Under the pieces are notes generated by a model. It did no database searches. It was not told where the DNA came from and saw only the letters and a list, made by a program, of their open reading frames with translations. The position numbers were made by a program, and so were the translations under genes. 64,000 nucleotides of DNA from the human T2T-CHM13v2.0 reference genome, Homo sapiens. Location: the NCBI RefSeq assembly GCF_009914755.1, contig NC_060933.1; one strand, written 5' to 3'. Every line of letters starts with the position of its first letter. Positions within the stretch are counted from its first letter, which is position 1. Shown one piece after another: positions 1-19,189 of this stretch.

Positions 1-659
1 TTGAAGCTAACTGTTGTTCCCTTGTTGAAGGTAAAAAGTAAAGCATTTTTAGGAAAGCACTTTTCCTTATGTGTCTAATATTTGGGAACTGCATAGGAGA
101 ACAGTTTAATAGGAACCCTGATATTGACAGTAAGATATATTCTTAATGTAGTAACCAGACCCAGGGCAGAATTTGCAAACCCATGGTAGGCATACAGGTG
201 GCTGAAGAAGAATCAGGACAGCAAGATCTCACTGAGATGCAATTCCATTCCTCCATTTGATACAGATTAAGATTTCTGAAAAAGACCATCCTCCTAAACC
301 CTCATGGACTCTGCAGATAATATGAGGCCAGAAAATGAATAATTCCCAACTCTTGCTATCTCGTTACTGGCCAGTGTGTCTGGCTTCGCTGAGTGTGTGC
401 CTTCTGAAGCGTACCCTATAATTATTCAGCAGGTATAGTCCAGTTCGTCCTACTTACTTTAGCAAGATTACCTTTCTTTTATTTTTCCTGTGAAAATCCT
501 TCTCTTCCTTCTTTCCTCCTTTGTCTTTCCTCTTTGTTAACTTTTTAAATCTAAAGTGCCTTGAAAAACTTGTTTACATAGTAGTAAGAAGGAAAATGTT
601 GACTTGTGCTATCCTGGGAACCTTGACCTTCCTGCATTATGGATAAATCATTTCCCTGC

Positions 660-810
660 AGGTGGAAGTGGAAAATTGCAGATAGAACCACATTGACTCA
701 CATTCTCCTTCTACTTCCATTTGAGTGAGCACCAAGTATGCATCACGACTTGAGATTATAAAGTTGGCTTAATGATGAGACAGGTTTCTCAGTCGGGTTT
801 TCCATTGGCT
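660..810. promoter_or_regulatory. Candidate haematopoietic enhancer in intron 1
   Basis: Tight motif cluster GGAAGTGGAAA (664), AGATAG (680), AACCACA (686), TGACTCA (694) in non-repetitive sequence. Motif evidence only. Confidence 0.4.
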
Positions 811-849
811 CGAAGTTCACAAGGCAGTTGTTGCTTGTCTCAGAGTGTC

Positions 850-1020
850 CTTAGGTGGACTACATCTGAACCCTTGGCGTTATTATAATGCAGATTCTAG
901 CTGTGCTCAAACCAATGAATCAGAATCTCAGGAGGGTGGCGCTCAGAAATCTGCATGGTTGATCAGTTCTTTAGCAGATTCTTATTTTTGTACGCTAAAG
1001 TTTGAGGGTCACCACTGGAG
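850..1020. mobile_element. MER5-family hAT-Charlie remnant
   Basis: atgcagattc...gaatcagaatctc...aatctgcat...aagtttgag...accactg pattern. Confidence 0.6.
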
Positions 1021-1381
1021 AGATTCCAGAACAGGGCCTGCAAGGGAATTGTTCAAAGTTTGCTCAAGTTAACTTTGTTGTTACAGCATTAGCTTGAATA
1101 TCAGGAGGTTTTGTATTTAAGTTCTCTAAAAAAAGAAAAAGAAAAAAAGAGAACAGTCTCAATATATAAAAGGAAAGGTTTTCATATATGTGCCCAATTA
1201 TAAGTATCTTGAGTATTCTAGGAGTCTAAACAGAATGCCTTTAGATCATCCTTATAACGATCCTGAGACTCTTTTGACTGTTTTGAGTTGAAGACAGGTA
1301 ATAAGAAAGAAATCACCAATTAATGCAGAAGGAAATAAATTTCTGTATATAATAATATTCACATTTGCCATGTCTCTTTTA

Positions 1382-1744
<363 letters not shown>

Positions 1745-3421
1745 CTAGTCTCTTATCATTTCTTCATATGAAGAATAATTTATACTCATTGATGTAAATT
1801 TTGCTATATTTTATACAACAAACATAGTATTATTTTAATATTGCACATAGAGAAAAATACCTCTTCCCCTCAAAATTAGAAGGGTTGGTATTTTTATTCA
1901 GGCTTATTGATTTAAAATACCTGCTTGATCCGTAATTCAGGCCATACGATTTCACCAAAACAAATATCCTAATAGTTGTCATCTTGAATAACTGTTTAGT
2001 GCACAGAATGTAGTCTCATTTATTAAGAAGTGATTTAAGAGATTATTACTTCTGCATCTATCACACTAACATGACCAACTCTTTAGTAAGGGAAGAGTAA
2101 GGGAACTTATTTTATATCTAGATAGAAATTTTATTAAGGATACAGTATTAGGATTCATACGGGAAATAGTGGATAGATCACAAGAACGAGGCTCTTTCTG
2201 AGCCCTGCAGGAAAGAATATTTGCAGAACAATAAAGGACATGGTGGCTTCCTGGAGAATGTTGGCCGAAGACTGAGCCTTACTTCTGGAAAAGGCTCAGT
2301 GCTAGAGCCAAGTGAGCATCGATATGCCAATACAGGCAAGAAAATCCTGCAAGAGGCAGACTTGGTTCTTAGGTCGGAACAGGCTCTGCTTCAGAACTTG
2401 ATCCGGTACCCAATTCGTTTCTGCTTCAGCTTCTTTTTCTATAAAATGAGGGTAGTACTTATCCCATGAGGGAGCTGTTATGAGGATAAATTTGGCTTTA
2501 TTGAATGTGCATGATTCCTGGAACCCATAAAGATGTCAAATTTAGAAGCCTCAGAGAGATTTCCTTTGCTCTGTGAATAACTAAATTTGGTTAGCTGGGG
2601 TGGGGTCTGGGTACTTTTCCTTGTGAAGAATTTTTCCCTCATTCTGGTCATCTCCTCCCCTCCTATAGAGGCACCATATATTTTTCTTGTCTCAGGTACC
2701 TATAGTGATAAAACACCCTGAGCTGAAAGGATCGCTGGATAGGGCAGTCTCAATACAAAAGAATGTGGCAGAAGCTCAGGCTTCAGTGCACATCAGAATA
2801 GAAGCTTCATGAGGGCAGAGGCTTTTGTCTGCTTTCCTCATTGCAGTATCCCCAGAACTTTGAGCAAGTGCACACTCGATAAATACTTGAAAGAATAAAT
2901 CAATGTCAGACATCTGGGCTTATGTCTCGTCTTTCTACTGTTCTCAACTAAGAGATTCTCGTCATTCTACAACTTTCCTGAGCCTGCTCTCCTTCTCCAG
3001 GTATTCACCCTTCCAGGCACTGACTCCACCTCCCACATCGGAGCTTTTTCTTAAAGTAAATAACAGTCAACAATTAATAGCTTCATAACTTTGGAACAGT
3101 GCAGTGTCTTTGGTTTAAGAAGCATTGTTTCCATCCTCCAAACTAAAATAAATTTTGAGAAAAGATGGAGATGGTTTGGGACTGGGGAAGAAGGGAATGG
3201 AAGAAGTGATTATTTGAGGGCACATTAACTATTTGTACAAAGTAGAATATCTTAGTTAAATTTGGCTACATAGCAAGCAGGTATCATTAAATGGATGTCT
3301 GTTAGAATCTTGATTTTCAAATTAACTAGATAGTCAGCGTTAGTTAGACTGAGGAAGGGTGATTACAGTCCTATGTCACTGAGGGAGAATGGTGAAAGGG
3401 CAAGAGAAGGCTGGCAGGTAG

Positions 3422-3970
<549 letters not shown>

Positions 3971-4578
3971 CAATAGAGGGTGTGCATGAAGATACAACAA
4001 CAATTACCTGATGGTCCTTAGCTTAGTTCAGTTGTCCCCCACAGGTTGAAGCAGTGTTCAAGGGCAAACAAAAACTTTCTCTCTCAGCCACCTCCATAAG
4101 TTCCATAGTTTAACAAAGCAAACTCACAAAGAAGGAGGAAGTTAGAACTGCTCCATTTCCCCTTATAGCAAAGGCATGTGTATTTCACAACTGCAATCAG
4201 CTTGAATAGCAGAGGCTGGAAGGCTCTCCATGTCTTTACTGAAGTCACCTCACTAAGTCACACAGACATGCTGCTAATTCACTGCCTTGGCCAGCACATC
4301 TGAAAATAAATAGCACCATTATAGGCCCTTTCATGAATATACAGCATGTGGCCTCCTCTAAATTGGCCAAGGAGCTAGCTCTGCTGGGACAAATAACTTA
4401 GATAAATCACAAATCAGAGTGGAGAAATGAGGTGTTTTTAATCAACAGCATCCAACAATGTGTGTTGAGTTTAACTGAATCCAGGTAGAGGAGGGAGTGG
4501 GTGCAAGAGCTCAAAGTATGCTGAGAATAGTTTTATTTCAAAATTCCAGGAGACTTAGAAACAACGTGGTAATGATGA

Positions 4579-4899
<321 letters not shown>

Positions 4900-4999
4900 T
4901 GAAGAGACTCTTAACATACTTTCATAATAGTTTAAAAAGCTGTATGTGTGTTTACAATTTCTGTCATAAATCTATGGTAACCACAGCACAAACATTTTA

Positions 5000-5316
<317 letters not shown>

Positions 5317-7008
5317 TTCTATTTTCCCACTTCTCTAACATAACTGTGAATAGTAGTATTTCCTTCTAGTTTTTAAGTACACTATTTAAAAACATGGAAG
5401 GTTTTCAAATAATGTACTTAGATTTAAATGCATTTTTAAGCTTATACCCATATAATAAGCATAGTAACTAACAGAATGTTCTTTGGAGTCAGATAGTCTT
5501 GGGTTCAAATCCTCCAGACATTTCCAGCCCTGAGTTTCGCATTTGTTAAATAGAGATGATAAACCTGGTTCATAACATTGCTGTGTGGATTCACTGAGGT
5601 GCTCATCAAGTGCTCAGCACAGAGCCCTGTGTCATGTAAGCACTCAGTAAATAGTGGCATCATTTTCTGTTTTCACACACAAAAAATGAGTCGACCTTCT
5701 GCAATCCTAATAATCAGTAAGTTCTTCTTAATGGCCAGAAGTATACCTATTTTTAGTCTATGCATTTGGCAAAATTTCATTCCACAAATTGTTTGGTGGT
5801 CCCAGGAGCTGCTTTCAAGATCTTCTCTGACCAGCTTGTCGAGAGCTTTTGTTATCTGTGTTTTCCTCAAAGATTAGACTCATCAAAGATGTGTGAAAGC
5901 CAAAACAAAGGAATGACCACTGGTGCTCAGAGTGAGAGAGATTGGTTTAGTTGTTTAGCCAGGCTATGTGGCTTTGTTCCCAGACCACACATTATAACCA
6001 CACCATTGTGGGCACCACATATAGCCATTTTGGTAAACTAGATATGGGTTGCTAGGGACATGGGCAAGAAACCATGGGTGGGGAGGTGTGGACCTCTCAG
6101 CCCTGCCCTCTCAAGCCTGGCCAACTTCACATCTGCAACTGGGACTTTGTTTCTGTTCCAGACCTGTTTATCCAACTGCCAACTTGACAGCCACTTGGAG
6201 TCCTCATGAGAACCTCAAACTTAGTATGCCCAAATGAAATTTTCAGCTCACCAGAAGGTAACCATACTGTCTTGAGTCTTACAGTTACCCTGTAAACAAA
6301 GGGATTAACTTTACTAGATAGCAACTTCCTGCCCATAAAGTTAAGAAAAGAGCCCCTCAATGCAAATGTTGGTTTTGCTTATCAAATAAATGGATTCTTG
6401 GTTCTTCAGGATAGTTACAGATAACAATGGGCAGAATAGCCAGTAAATTCAGTAACTCCTTAAAATTGTTGAAAGTATTTTGTGCACTTTCTTTATATCG
6501 CTGCTTAGAGTGTTAATTGGTAAAATACTCTGAAGGACTAATACACAAACACTTTCACCCAGCAATTCCAATTCTAGGACTTTATTCCACAGATATATTT
6601 ATACATGTATGAGTTCACATGTACAGTTTTCTGAATTTTTTTGTGCTGGCAGAAAACTAGAAACAACAGAAATGAATGAAAGAGACTAGTTAAGAAATTA
6701 TTGCCCAGTTTTATAGTAGAATACATATGCAGCTGTAAAAAAAGAATGAGGGAATTATTATGTATTTATCTATTAAGTGAATAAAGCAAAATGAAGATCA
6801 CCAGCAAACAGATAAAGAAATTGTGGTATTCATACAGTGGAATACTCCTCCATAATAAAAAGGAATGAACAATGGGTGAACACTACAACATAGACGACTC
6901 TCAAGTACTGTATTCCCATTTGTGTAAATAAAAATGTGGGAAAGAATGTATACATGTATTTGCTTATAAACTCTATATGCACAGAAGGAAACACAAGAAA
7001 TTATTACC

Positions 7009-7100
7009 CCGGGAGGCAGAGCTTGTAGTGAGCGGAGATCGTGCCACTGCACTCCAGCCTGGGCGACAGAGCAAGACTCCGTCTCAAAAAAAAAAAAAAA
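7009..7100 (+). mobile_element. 5'-truncated AluY (end of right arm only)
   Basis: ccgggaggcagagcttgtagtgag...gactccgtctc(A)n; perfect TSD aagaaattattacc at 6995 and 7101. Confidence 0.88.
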
Positions 7101-7984
7101 AAGAAATTATTACCTAGATTGTCTATGCAGAGGGAACTGGGTACCTGGCAGACAGGAGTAGGAGGGAGACATTGTACAATATGCTTTTTTATACTTTTTA
7201 TATTTAAAATTGCAAAATATCTTACATGCTCAAAATAAAAATAGAATAGCTTATATAACTACGTCTAAATATTACATGTAGTTTTCTTCTCTGGCTATTT
7301 TCTTTTTGGTTTTTATATAATTTTTTAAAATCCACTTACTTAGCCCAGGCACATAAATGGAAAGAAAGATATGCTTAAAATTATGTTATTTGCAAAAACA
7401 AATATTTAGATGTTTTAGAGCTAGTATGTTTTTGTTGGTTTCTAGTTTAGTTCTACATGTCATCAGACTAGCTACTCTATATGATTTCTGGACCTTTGCA
7501 ATTTGTTAAGATTTGTTTTATGGTCGGGGATATGGTCAATATGTAAATGTTTAATGTGTGCAAGAAGAATGTGTACTCTGAAGTTAGGCATAGTGTTTTC
7601 TGTATATGTCAATTAGCACAAGTCTGTTTATCATGTTCAAGCTCTGTGTATCTCTGGGTTTTTTTAATCTGCATGATAGAACAGAAGTATGTTTGAAACT
7701 TTTACTATAGTTGTGGATGTAATATTTTTCCTCTACTTTTGCAGTTCTTGCTTTATATATTTTGAGCCTATATTACTTGGTACATACATATTTAGAATTG
7801 TTGTGTCTTCCTGGTGGATTGCCCTTTGATTATTTAGGAAATGTCTCTCTCTTCAGTAATGCTTCTTAAAGTCCATTTTGTCTGATAGTACTATAGCTAC
7901 CTCAGCTTTCTTTTGGCTAGGTTTCATAACTTTTTAAATTCTTTCACTGTCAGTCTTTTTATGTCCTTATATTTAAAATGTGTC

Positions 7985-7997
7985 AAAAGAAAGAAGG

Positions 7998-8028
<31 letters not shown>
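7985..8028 (+). repeat. (GAAA)n microsatellite
   Basis: Direct reading. Confidence 0.85.
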
Positions 8029-8456
8029 CACCGCGATTTACCTATGTTACAAACATGTATATGTAACCCTAAACCTAAAATAAAAGTTAAATATAAATAA
8101 ATAAAGTGTCTCTTCATGAAAACTTTCTTAGCATCATTAGTCATTAGGGAAATGCAAATTAAAAACACAATGAGATACCACCACATACAACATGTCTACT
8201 ATAATGGCTAAAATGAAAAATACTAACAACACCAAGTATTGTTGAACATATGGAAAAACTGGAACACTGATTATGGGAGTATACAACCACGTTGTAAAAC
8301 ACTTTAACTGGTCATTTACCCAAGAGGAATGAAAGAATGTATCCATATAAAGATTTGAACACAAATGTTTACAGCAACTTTATTTGTAATAGGTAAAAAC
8401 TGAAAACAACTCAAATGTCCATAGACAGATGAATGGATTTAAAAAAAACCATGTTT

Positions 8457-8827
<371 letters not shown>

Positions 8828-9244
8828 CTACTAATACACAGTGCAATATAGATGGATTGCAAAATGATTCTGTTGAATGGAAGAAGCCAGACCAAAAAAA
8901 GAGATATATTGTATGATTCTATTTATGTAAAATTCTAGAAAATGCAAAGGATCTACAGTGACAGAAAGCAAATTAGTAGTTACCAGGAGACGGAGGGTAA
9001 AAATTAAGAAGGGGCATGAAGAAACTTTTTTATTGTAGTAATGGTCTCATGGGTCTATACGTATGTCAAAGCTTATCTAATTGTATACTTTAAATATGTG
9101 CAGTTCATTGCCAGCTAATTATACTCAATCTGTTTTTAAAAGTAAAATGTGCTTCTTATAAGTAACAATTTTTTAAAATGTAGTCTGATGACCTTTGTCT
9201 TTTAATTAGAGAATTTAATCTGTTTACATTTAATAACTGATATA

Positions 9245-9711
<467 letters not shown>

Positions 9712-11240
9712 TTAAAACACATGAAATCCGTTTACCCCTCAAACCTTTTGTGTATCATTGATGTTTTAATTCTATGTATATTTTAAACTTCACATTATTA
9801 TCATTATTATATTTATATTGTACAGTCACTATCATTTAGATTTACTTATGTTTACCCTTTTGATGTATTTCAATGCTTTCAGCACTTCTGTGTTTCCCTT
9901 TGGGATTGCTTTTCTTCTGCCTCAAAAACTCTCCTTACTATTTATTTTAGTATGGCTCTGCTGGTAATAAATTCTCTCCATTTTTGTTTATCTGGTAAAA
10001 TATTTTTCCTTCATTACTTATGAAGAATATTTTCACTAGGTAGAAAATTCTAGATTGTTAGTTATTTTATTTCAGCACTTTGAAGATGTCATTGCATTGG
10101 TTTGTGGATTTCACTTTTTCAATTGAGAAGTTAATTTTGTTGGTTGCATTATTACACTTTGAAGATAATGTGTCTTTTCCCTGGATGTTTTAAAGATTTT
10201 TCTCTTTGACTTTCAGTAGTTCTACTATGATGTGTCTAGGTTTGATTTCCTCTGTATTGATTCTGATGGGCATTTATAGAACTTTATGAAGCTGCGTCTG
10301 GTATTTTTGCCAGCCAGTATTTCTTTAAATATTACTTCTGCTCCAGTTTCATCTCTCCTCCTCCTTTGGGATCCAGCTTACACAGGTTACATCTGTTACT
10401 TTATGACTCAACACACTTTTCTGGAAAGACTCTCTTTTCTTTAAACACAAGACACTAAATGGTTACAGGTGTTCTTTTAGGTGATTATGCTGCTTCATCA
10501 GCAGATGGTGATTATATCAAGAAGGAAACTTATATGATGACATATAAAAGCTGGGGAGAGGAGATGTCTCTGAAGACAGTGAGAAGTCCTTCTCTAGTCT
10601 TGCTGCTGGAACCCTCAAACACTTAAGTCATCTAATAAACATTCTACTGTCTTCAGAGGAATTTTCTAAGTGAAAGGGATTTGGGACACCCCTGTGAGGA
10701 AGAAACATAAGTTCCATGCCTTCCTAATAAGGGGCAAACTTTTCTTTGTAGTCATGTTTCCACCTGTTGAATCCGTTTTATGGAAGTTGTACAGTTATGG
10801 CTTGTCTGTTTATGAGAAGAGACAGAGAATATGAGAAACAATAAAACCTGAAATAATCCATTGTGAGGCCACAGGCTGAAGAACTTACAAGGAATTTATT
10901 CTAGACTTTATGGCTGAAAATATGTATGCATATATGTATATGAGTGTATGGAGATACAGTTATGGATAGAGATCTATAGATATATGTGTAGATATATAGA
11001 TACATAAAGTTTGCTACAGAAATTCATTTTGTACACTTTTAAAAGTGCACTTTACTAAAAGCATCCAAGAATGCATCTCAGAAAAAGCCTTAGATTTCTT
11101 TTATGTGGTCAACTCCAGGAACTACTCACTCTTGAGATAGATGTGTGTTTTCAGACCTTATCCATGCCATGCACAATGATCTAACCCTTTGATAGCTGCA
11201 TCATTCAAAGTCAGTTTTTCTACATGCAACAAATTTTTAA

Positions 11241-11559
<319 letters not shown>

Positions 11560-12684
11560 TGATTTTTAAAAAATACTACCCTGCCCTAACCTTGTAACTT
11601 AGGAAGTTTGGGGAGAGGGGTGTGTAACAACCTTTCACTGCTTATTTGATGTAAATCATTTCTAGTCCTGAAACAATGGCTATTTTGCAAGGTTTAATTA
11701 TACTGTGTGTTGTGGTTGCATGCATAGGTACACCCACAAATGTCTGTCATTAATACTTATCACTAGCTTTGTACTTTACACTGTATTTGTGGAGTGTTTT
11801 ACAGTCGTTCCTTAACAAGAGTAAATTATATATTTGCTTTTCTTTACCCCACCCCTTTCACTATTGTTTAAAACATGTCAGATTCAGGAAAACCTCAAGA
11901 GACCCAAACCTCTTTCAATACTTATAGACAAAGTTTTTTTTTCCTTAAATCAGTTTTAAAATCCATCCAGCCATTTTGGCTGCCGGCCATACCAGCAGAT
12001 AATGAAAGAATTTTCCTTGAGGGTCAAAAGCCAGGGAGAAGCCTTCCAGGGCTGTTTGGTTTCCTAGCACAGCTGCTGGAGTAGCTCGTGGTGCTGATTG
12101 ATCTGCTTGGAGATTCTTGTGCATCTTCACCTGTTAGAGCTGGAAAGATGCTCAGGACTATACAGCCCAGCCCTTCTGGTTTACATATAATGAAACTAAG
12201 GCCCACCTTAGTCAACTAATGTGCTTAAACTCAAGCAAATGGCAAATGGCAAAACTCAGGACTCTGTCAATGAGTTTTCATTCTTTTTCTTTATTCTTCT
12301 AGACACATATTTTATAAAGAAATGAGGCAGCATGATGTTTAAAATACTTAAAGTGAGAATGAGAAAAACTGATGTCTACATATCATGAAATGGTTAAAAA
12401 GTTTAACGTGCATTGTCTTCTCCATTAGAACTTCTTTTACGAATTTTTTTCTCAAAATCTGGCTCAGAAATCTTGTTTTAAAAGCTCCCTAAACATTCCT
12501 AGGCAGAATTAGTAACGCCTTCCTCTTTGCTAACAAGGAACTGTGCATATTCCTGTAATAGAATACTTACCATATTATATTGTAAGTATTAAATTATTCA
12601 TCTGCCCTCCTCCCACCTACCCACTGGATCAGGCTTCCCAGGAACAGCAACAGAGAGCCCAGCAATTTGTGTGTTCTCAGTGTG

Positions 12685-12724
12685 GAATGAATGAATGAAT
12701 GAATGAATGAATGAATGAATGAAC
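12685..12724 (+). repeat. (TGAA)n, probably an L2 tail
   Basis: About 9-10 units. Confidence 0.85.
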
Positions 12725-13526
12725 CAACCATTCCTTCACAGTCTTGCACTATCAGTGAATCTTATGCTTTATTGAACATAAAAATCACCTGGAATTGCTG
12801 ACTTAAAATACAGTTTTCCAGGCTATACCACACGAGATGCTAATACAGGACTGGGGTAGGTCCAGGAATTCGAATTTTTATCTAAGTAGCTGATGACTTA
12901 ATGCAAATGATCCAGCAGCCACACTTTGCAAGCTCTACGCTATGATTAGTTGTGGTTTGTAGTCCCAATTGTATATCATAATTATCTGCTGATCTGAAAA
13001 AAACATAGAGCTTCTCTACCCACTCCTTACCACCAGTCCATCACCACCATTCTGACTCCTTAGTCACAATGGGTATTGACATTTTAAATAAATCCCAAGG
13101 CTCCCTTCCGGGAAAATAAAGAAGATAATATTTATAAACTATTTTGAGTTCCTTAGAAGAAGGGTATCTTAGCTCATTAAGGAAATATTATCATGATATA
13201 AATCTAACATCATGAAACTTATCTTGGACATGTCAAATTTGGTCTAAGAATCAAATGTAGAGGAAAATAAAACCCACACACAGTACCTGCATGGAAACGG
13301 AACCTGTGCAAACACCTGCTTTGGCTGTGTTCCTTTTTGTGGAGACAGATGTCCCCCTTCTCTAGGACCAGGGTAGAGATGAAGAAGGTTGATTTGGACA
13401 TTGGGGTGCTATATGTTCTTTTGGGACTGAAGTTCCATATTAGGAAACTTAATAGCTGACATTTACATAACTTTTAAACATCCCAAGTAGTACGCTCTGT
13501 CTGCACACTATTTTATATGTATGCAA

Positions 13527-13846
<320 letters not shown>

Positions 13847-15394
13847 TAAAATTATGAACTTACATAACTTCACAGGAGACAGACCTGAATGAGGTAGTTA
13901 TTAAACTACTTTCTGACTATGGAAAGGATTTCTAATCCTTGTAGTATATTTCCACGTATATTGTTATACTGTTGTGTGTTTGTATTTAGTTGCTCATACT
14001 ATTTTTTACTGTAGCTTACTTTATATGCAGGTTTCCATGGGTCAACCTAATTTATATTTTTGTCATTTTAAATGGAAAAATGATATCCCATATATTTTGT
14101 AGTATTATTTGTTCAGTGTTCTTTCCAATGTGGGATGCTTTGGTTATTTCTAATTATTTGCTATCATGCTATCATATACAGAATTCTTATGTTCATTTCT
14201 GCTCAAAATTATATTTTTGTTTGTATGAATTCCACGGTGTATATTTCCCAAAGCGAGATAGTTAGATAAAAGAGTAACAGCAGTTTCATAGTTCTGGTTG
14301 CATATTACAGTATTACTTTCCAGACACACAGAGCCAATATACAACCCCACCAGGGGTGTGAGGCATGCTGGTTTTCCCACAGCTTGACCAACATGAAATT
14401 TTATCATTCCAGCCTATTTCTGCTAGCTTAATATGTGTGTAGGGCCTCACTAGAGATATTTTATTTTGAAGTTCTTCAAATGATATGAAGCAATTCTTTT
14501 CCACGTGGAATGATTCACTATTTTCATTTTAAGGACAAACCATTCGTTTGTATTTGACAGTTTTGAAGTGACAGGTTTAATTGCCTTCTGTATAATTGAT
14601 TCTGTAGGGAGAGAAAATAGGAGTGCTATTAGGTATTGGGTTAGGCTCAAAGAGTCAAGAAAGAAGATTAGTTGTGTAGTTCTGAATTTGGAAACTTGTA
14701 TGTGGACGACTGGAACAGAAATACCAGTTGACCCTGTTTAAGAAGGGCTAGAGAGCAGGAACATTCTGATTTCATGATGACAAAAATACTAGAGTTTTGA
14801 CATAGGACAACAGATCTTGCTTCAAAATGAAAGCAAGACCCTATCCTTCCTGCCTCTTTGATCCTCTCACAGTGCCACTTTCTTTCCTGAACATTTTCAG
14901 ATATTCTTATTTCAGATAGACCACTCTGGTGTATAATAGGACCAGTTTTAGAGTGGCCATGAAGCTAAGACATGTTATTTGAGAGCTCTTAGGGGAAGAC
15001 CTGGACACAGCAGTCGCAGGAGAAGTCAGTCTTATCTGTAAAAAGGTCAGCTTGATCACAGAAAAAGTCTTTGGCTTGGTTGTGTTGGCCCTCCATGGCT
15101 TATGATCCTCTTTCAAGTAAGCAAATAAATGATTGCAGTGTTGGTTTGAGTCCTGTGGTGCCAAACACAAGACACATTGTTGCTCATGCAATATAGACCT
15201 TTGTTTTGGACAGTGGTCTAATCTGCTGGTTTTTAAAACATTGGTGACTGTCCAACTTATAATTAAAATCAGTCTATCAAGCACTTGGAGACAAAATCTG
15301 AGGTTATTCTTTCATTCCTAGTTGTCACACTAATTTTTTGCCTTCACTTTTGTCTCTGTAGAATATTTACACGTACACCTATCTATATCTATTT

Positions 15395-16460
<1,066 letters not shown>

Positions 16461-17907
16461 TAGAATACTTACTTCCTATCCTAGTTTTTCCTTATACTTT
16501 TAAAAAATTAAATAAAGAAAACGCTGTAGAAAATTAAGGAGCACAATGTATGCTTGCAGCTACAGCTTCCTCTGGGGTTTCACACTTCCTTGCCTCATCA
16601 TGTAACGGGCCACCACTAGGATGAAGGTGCTCCAGTCTTATTCTTCCAATCTTCTCTCCATTTGTCATTCAGAATCCTGGGAAAGAGAGACACTTGTCCT
16701 GCCGTGAGTTATGTGCCCACTCTTTTGATTTGTGTTTCTGCCTAGACAGTGCACAGCATGAGTGTTGGCATCTTGAAAGGAAACTGGGGTGCTCCTGAGG
16801 GAGAATAGATGCCAAAGTTGGGACAAGAGCCCAGTTTCCTGCCTTTCTAGGTGTAACTCATTGCCAAGGTCGGGAGCAAAGCAAACCATGTAGGAAACCT
16901 CATCATGCTGGGTAGTTAATAAGTATGCCCTAGCACACGTTTTCACAGAGAAAACATAATACGCTTCATTTGTAATATTTAAGTATTACATCTAAAGTTA
17001 CAATGTTTAAAAATTTATATATACCCTTGTTGGATACAAAGCATGTTTAAAATATGTGACCTCATTTGATCCTCAGTAATCTCTGTTAGTTTCTAATTAT
17101 ATTCAGTAGTGGTATTGGTATTGTATGTTTTGGCCTCATTGTGGTTTAAATACACTTTTGTGAACTAGCCTGAGAATCCAACCACCAACACAATGATGTA
17201 ATGAGAAAACGTGCTCTGAGTTCCAAACAAATGGCTAACAGATAAGTGCTCAGAAGTCAACCTTTTTGTAAGCTGGGGTATCACTGGCCAGCAGTCACAT
17301 GCCAGCAGGTGTGAGTAGACAGTGGGGAACAATTTCCTCTCATGTGTATGGCTCCCTAAAGTGTTGGCTGAGCATTGTCCACATGGGTGATGCAAAGGAT
17401 CACTGAACTAGGAGCAGTTGGGAAAAAATACAATCATTGGGAATTCCTGTAGCATCGAAAGTGCCTACAGGGAGGTAGAAGTATTCATACAACAGTTCTC
17501 TGGTGTTCTCTGTTGTAGCAACCAGTCAGCCAAAAGGGTTCAGCTGCTTGAAATGAGAATGGCTGGATCAAAATGGCAGCTCAGGATTTAAAGGATTCTA
17601 GTCAGATACCAGACATCCTCACATAGAGAAAACTCTGAATGGCTGGGGGAGAAGGAGTCAAATGCCCTGGATCTTTTTCTTGGGCCTCAAAGTCCTCCTT
17701 CTGTCATCATCCTTCCAGTATTGGGCAGGACCTGACTGCAGGCATCATGGCCTCTGTGAACTTCTCAAGGGTATGTATTATCCGACAAAAACTATGATGT
17801 CCACTAACAGGCCACTGAAAAGGTATCTTAGTCAGTTCTGCTCATTGCCCAGCCAAGGCCTACGTTTTATAACATGATATCAAAGATTGCATCTAAAATT
17901 GTGATGA

Positions 17908-18081
<174 letters not shown>

Positions 18082-18721
18082 TAGCGATTGGTCAAGTGCA
18101 AAAGTGCCCAGGGTATGTGTTTGCCTCCTGTTCCTTAGATCTTCCTACCATCACCTCACATTCTCCAGTCACCAGATCCTAACTCTGTGACTGTGTCTGG
18201 ACATCAGACAATATCCCTCTCTCTCTCTGCCAACCGGTACTTAGGGTACATAATAGAACCTCTGGGAGCTGTGGTTTTGATGTCTCTAGACTAGGTGGGC
18301 TTCCAGGTGACTCAGTCTCATCCAAATTATGGTTCATATTTGGGGGAGAAGGGCTAGCCCAAAAACTTACCACCATTTGTAGTATGCATTTTTTTGGAAA
18401 AGCATATTCCAAAATCTGAAATGCCAAGTTACAGACCTCCTTTTTGTAAAATAATTTTCTTGCTAGTATAATTTACATATAATAAAATTCACACATTTTA
18501 GGTGTACAATTTGGTGAATTTGGGCAACTTAGAGTCACTTAACCTTTCCTCAGTCAAGATATAGAACACTTCTTTTATCCTAAAGCGTTCCCCAGCGTGC
18601 TTTTACAATCTCCTCTCCCCAGGCCACACCCTCCAACTCACGCAATCTCTGATTCACTTCTGTCACCATAATTTTGCTCTATCTGGAGCTTCATATCCTG
18701 TTACAGTATGTACAAACCTTC

Positions 18722-19012
<291 letters not shown>

Positions 19013-19189
19013 TAAACCTTCATTTTTAAAACACATTTCCTCTTAAATTGAAGATTGCCTACATTTTTATATCAATGCCAATTGTTGAGTGTGCCTATAT
19101 GTGTTATATTATTTGAGCACTAAATGCCAGATGTGTGCCAAGTGAGATAAATCTGACAAATGAGATGGTTTGTAAAACCAGCAGTGAAT

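Noticed and set aside
2589-2612. G-rich run as a possible G-quadruplex
   Set aside because: Only three runs of three or more G
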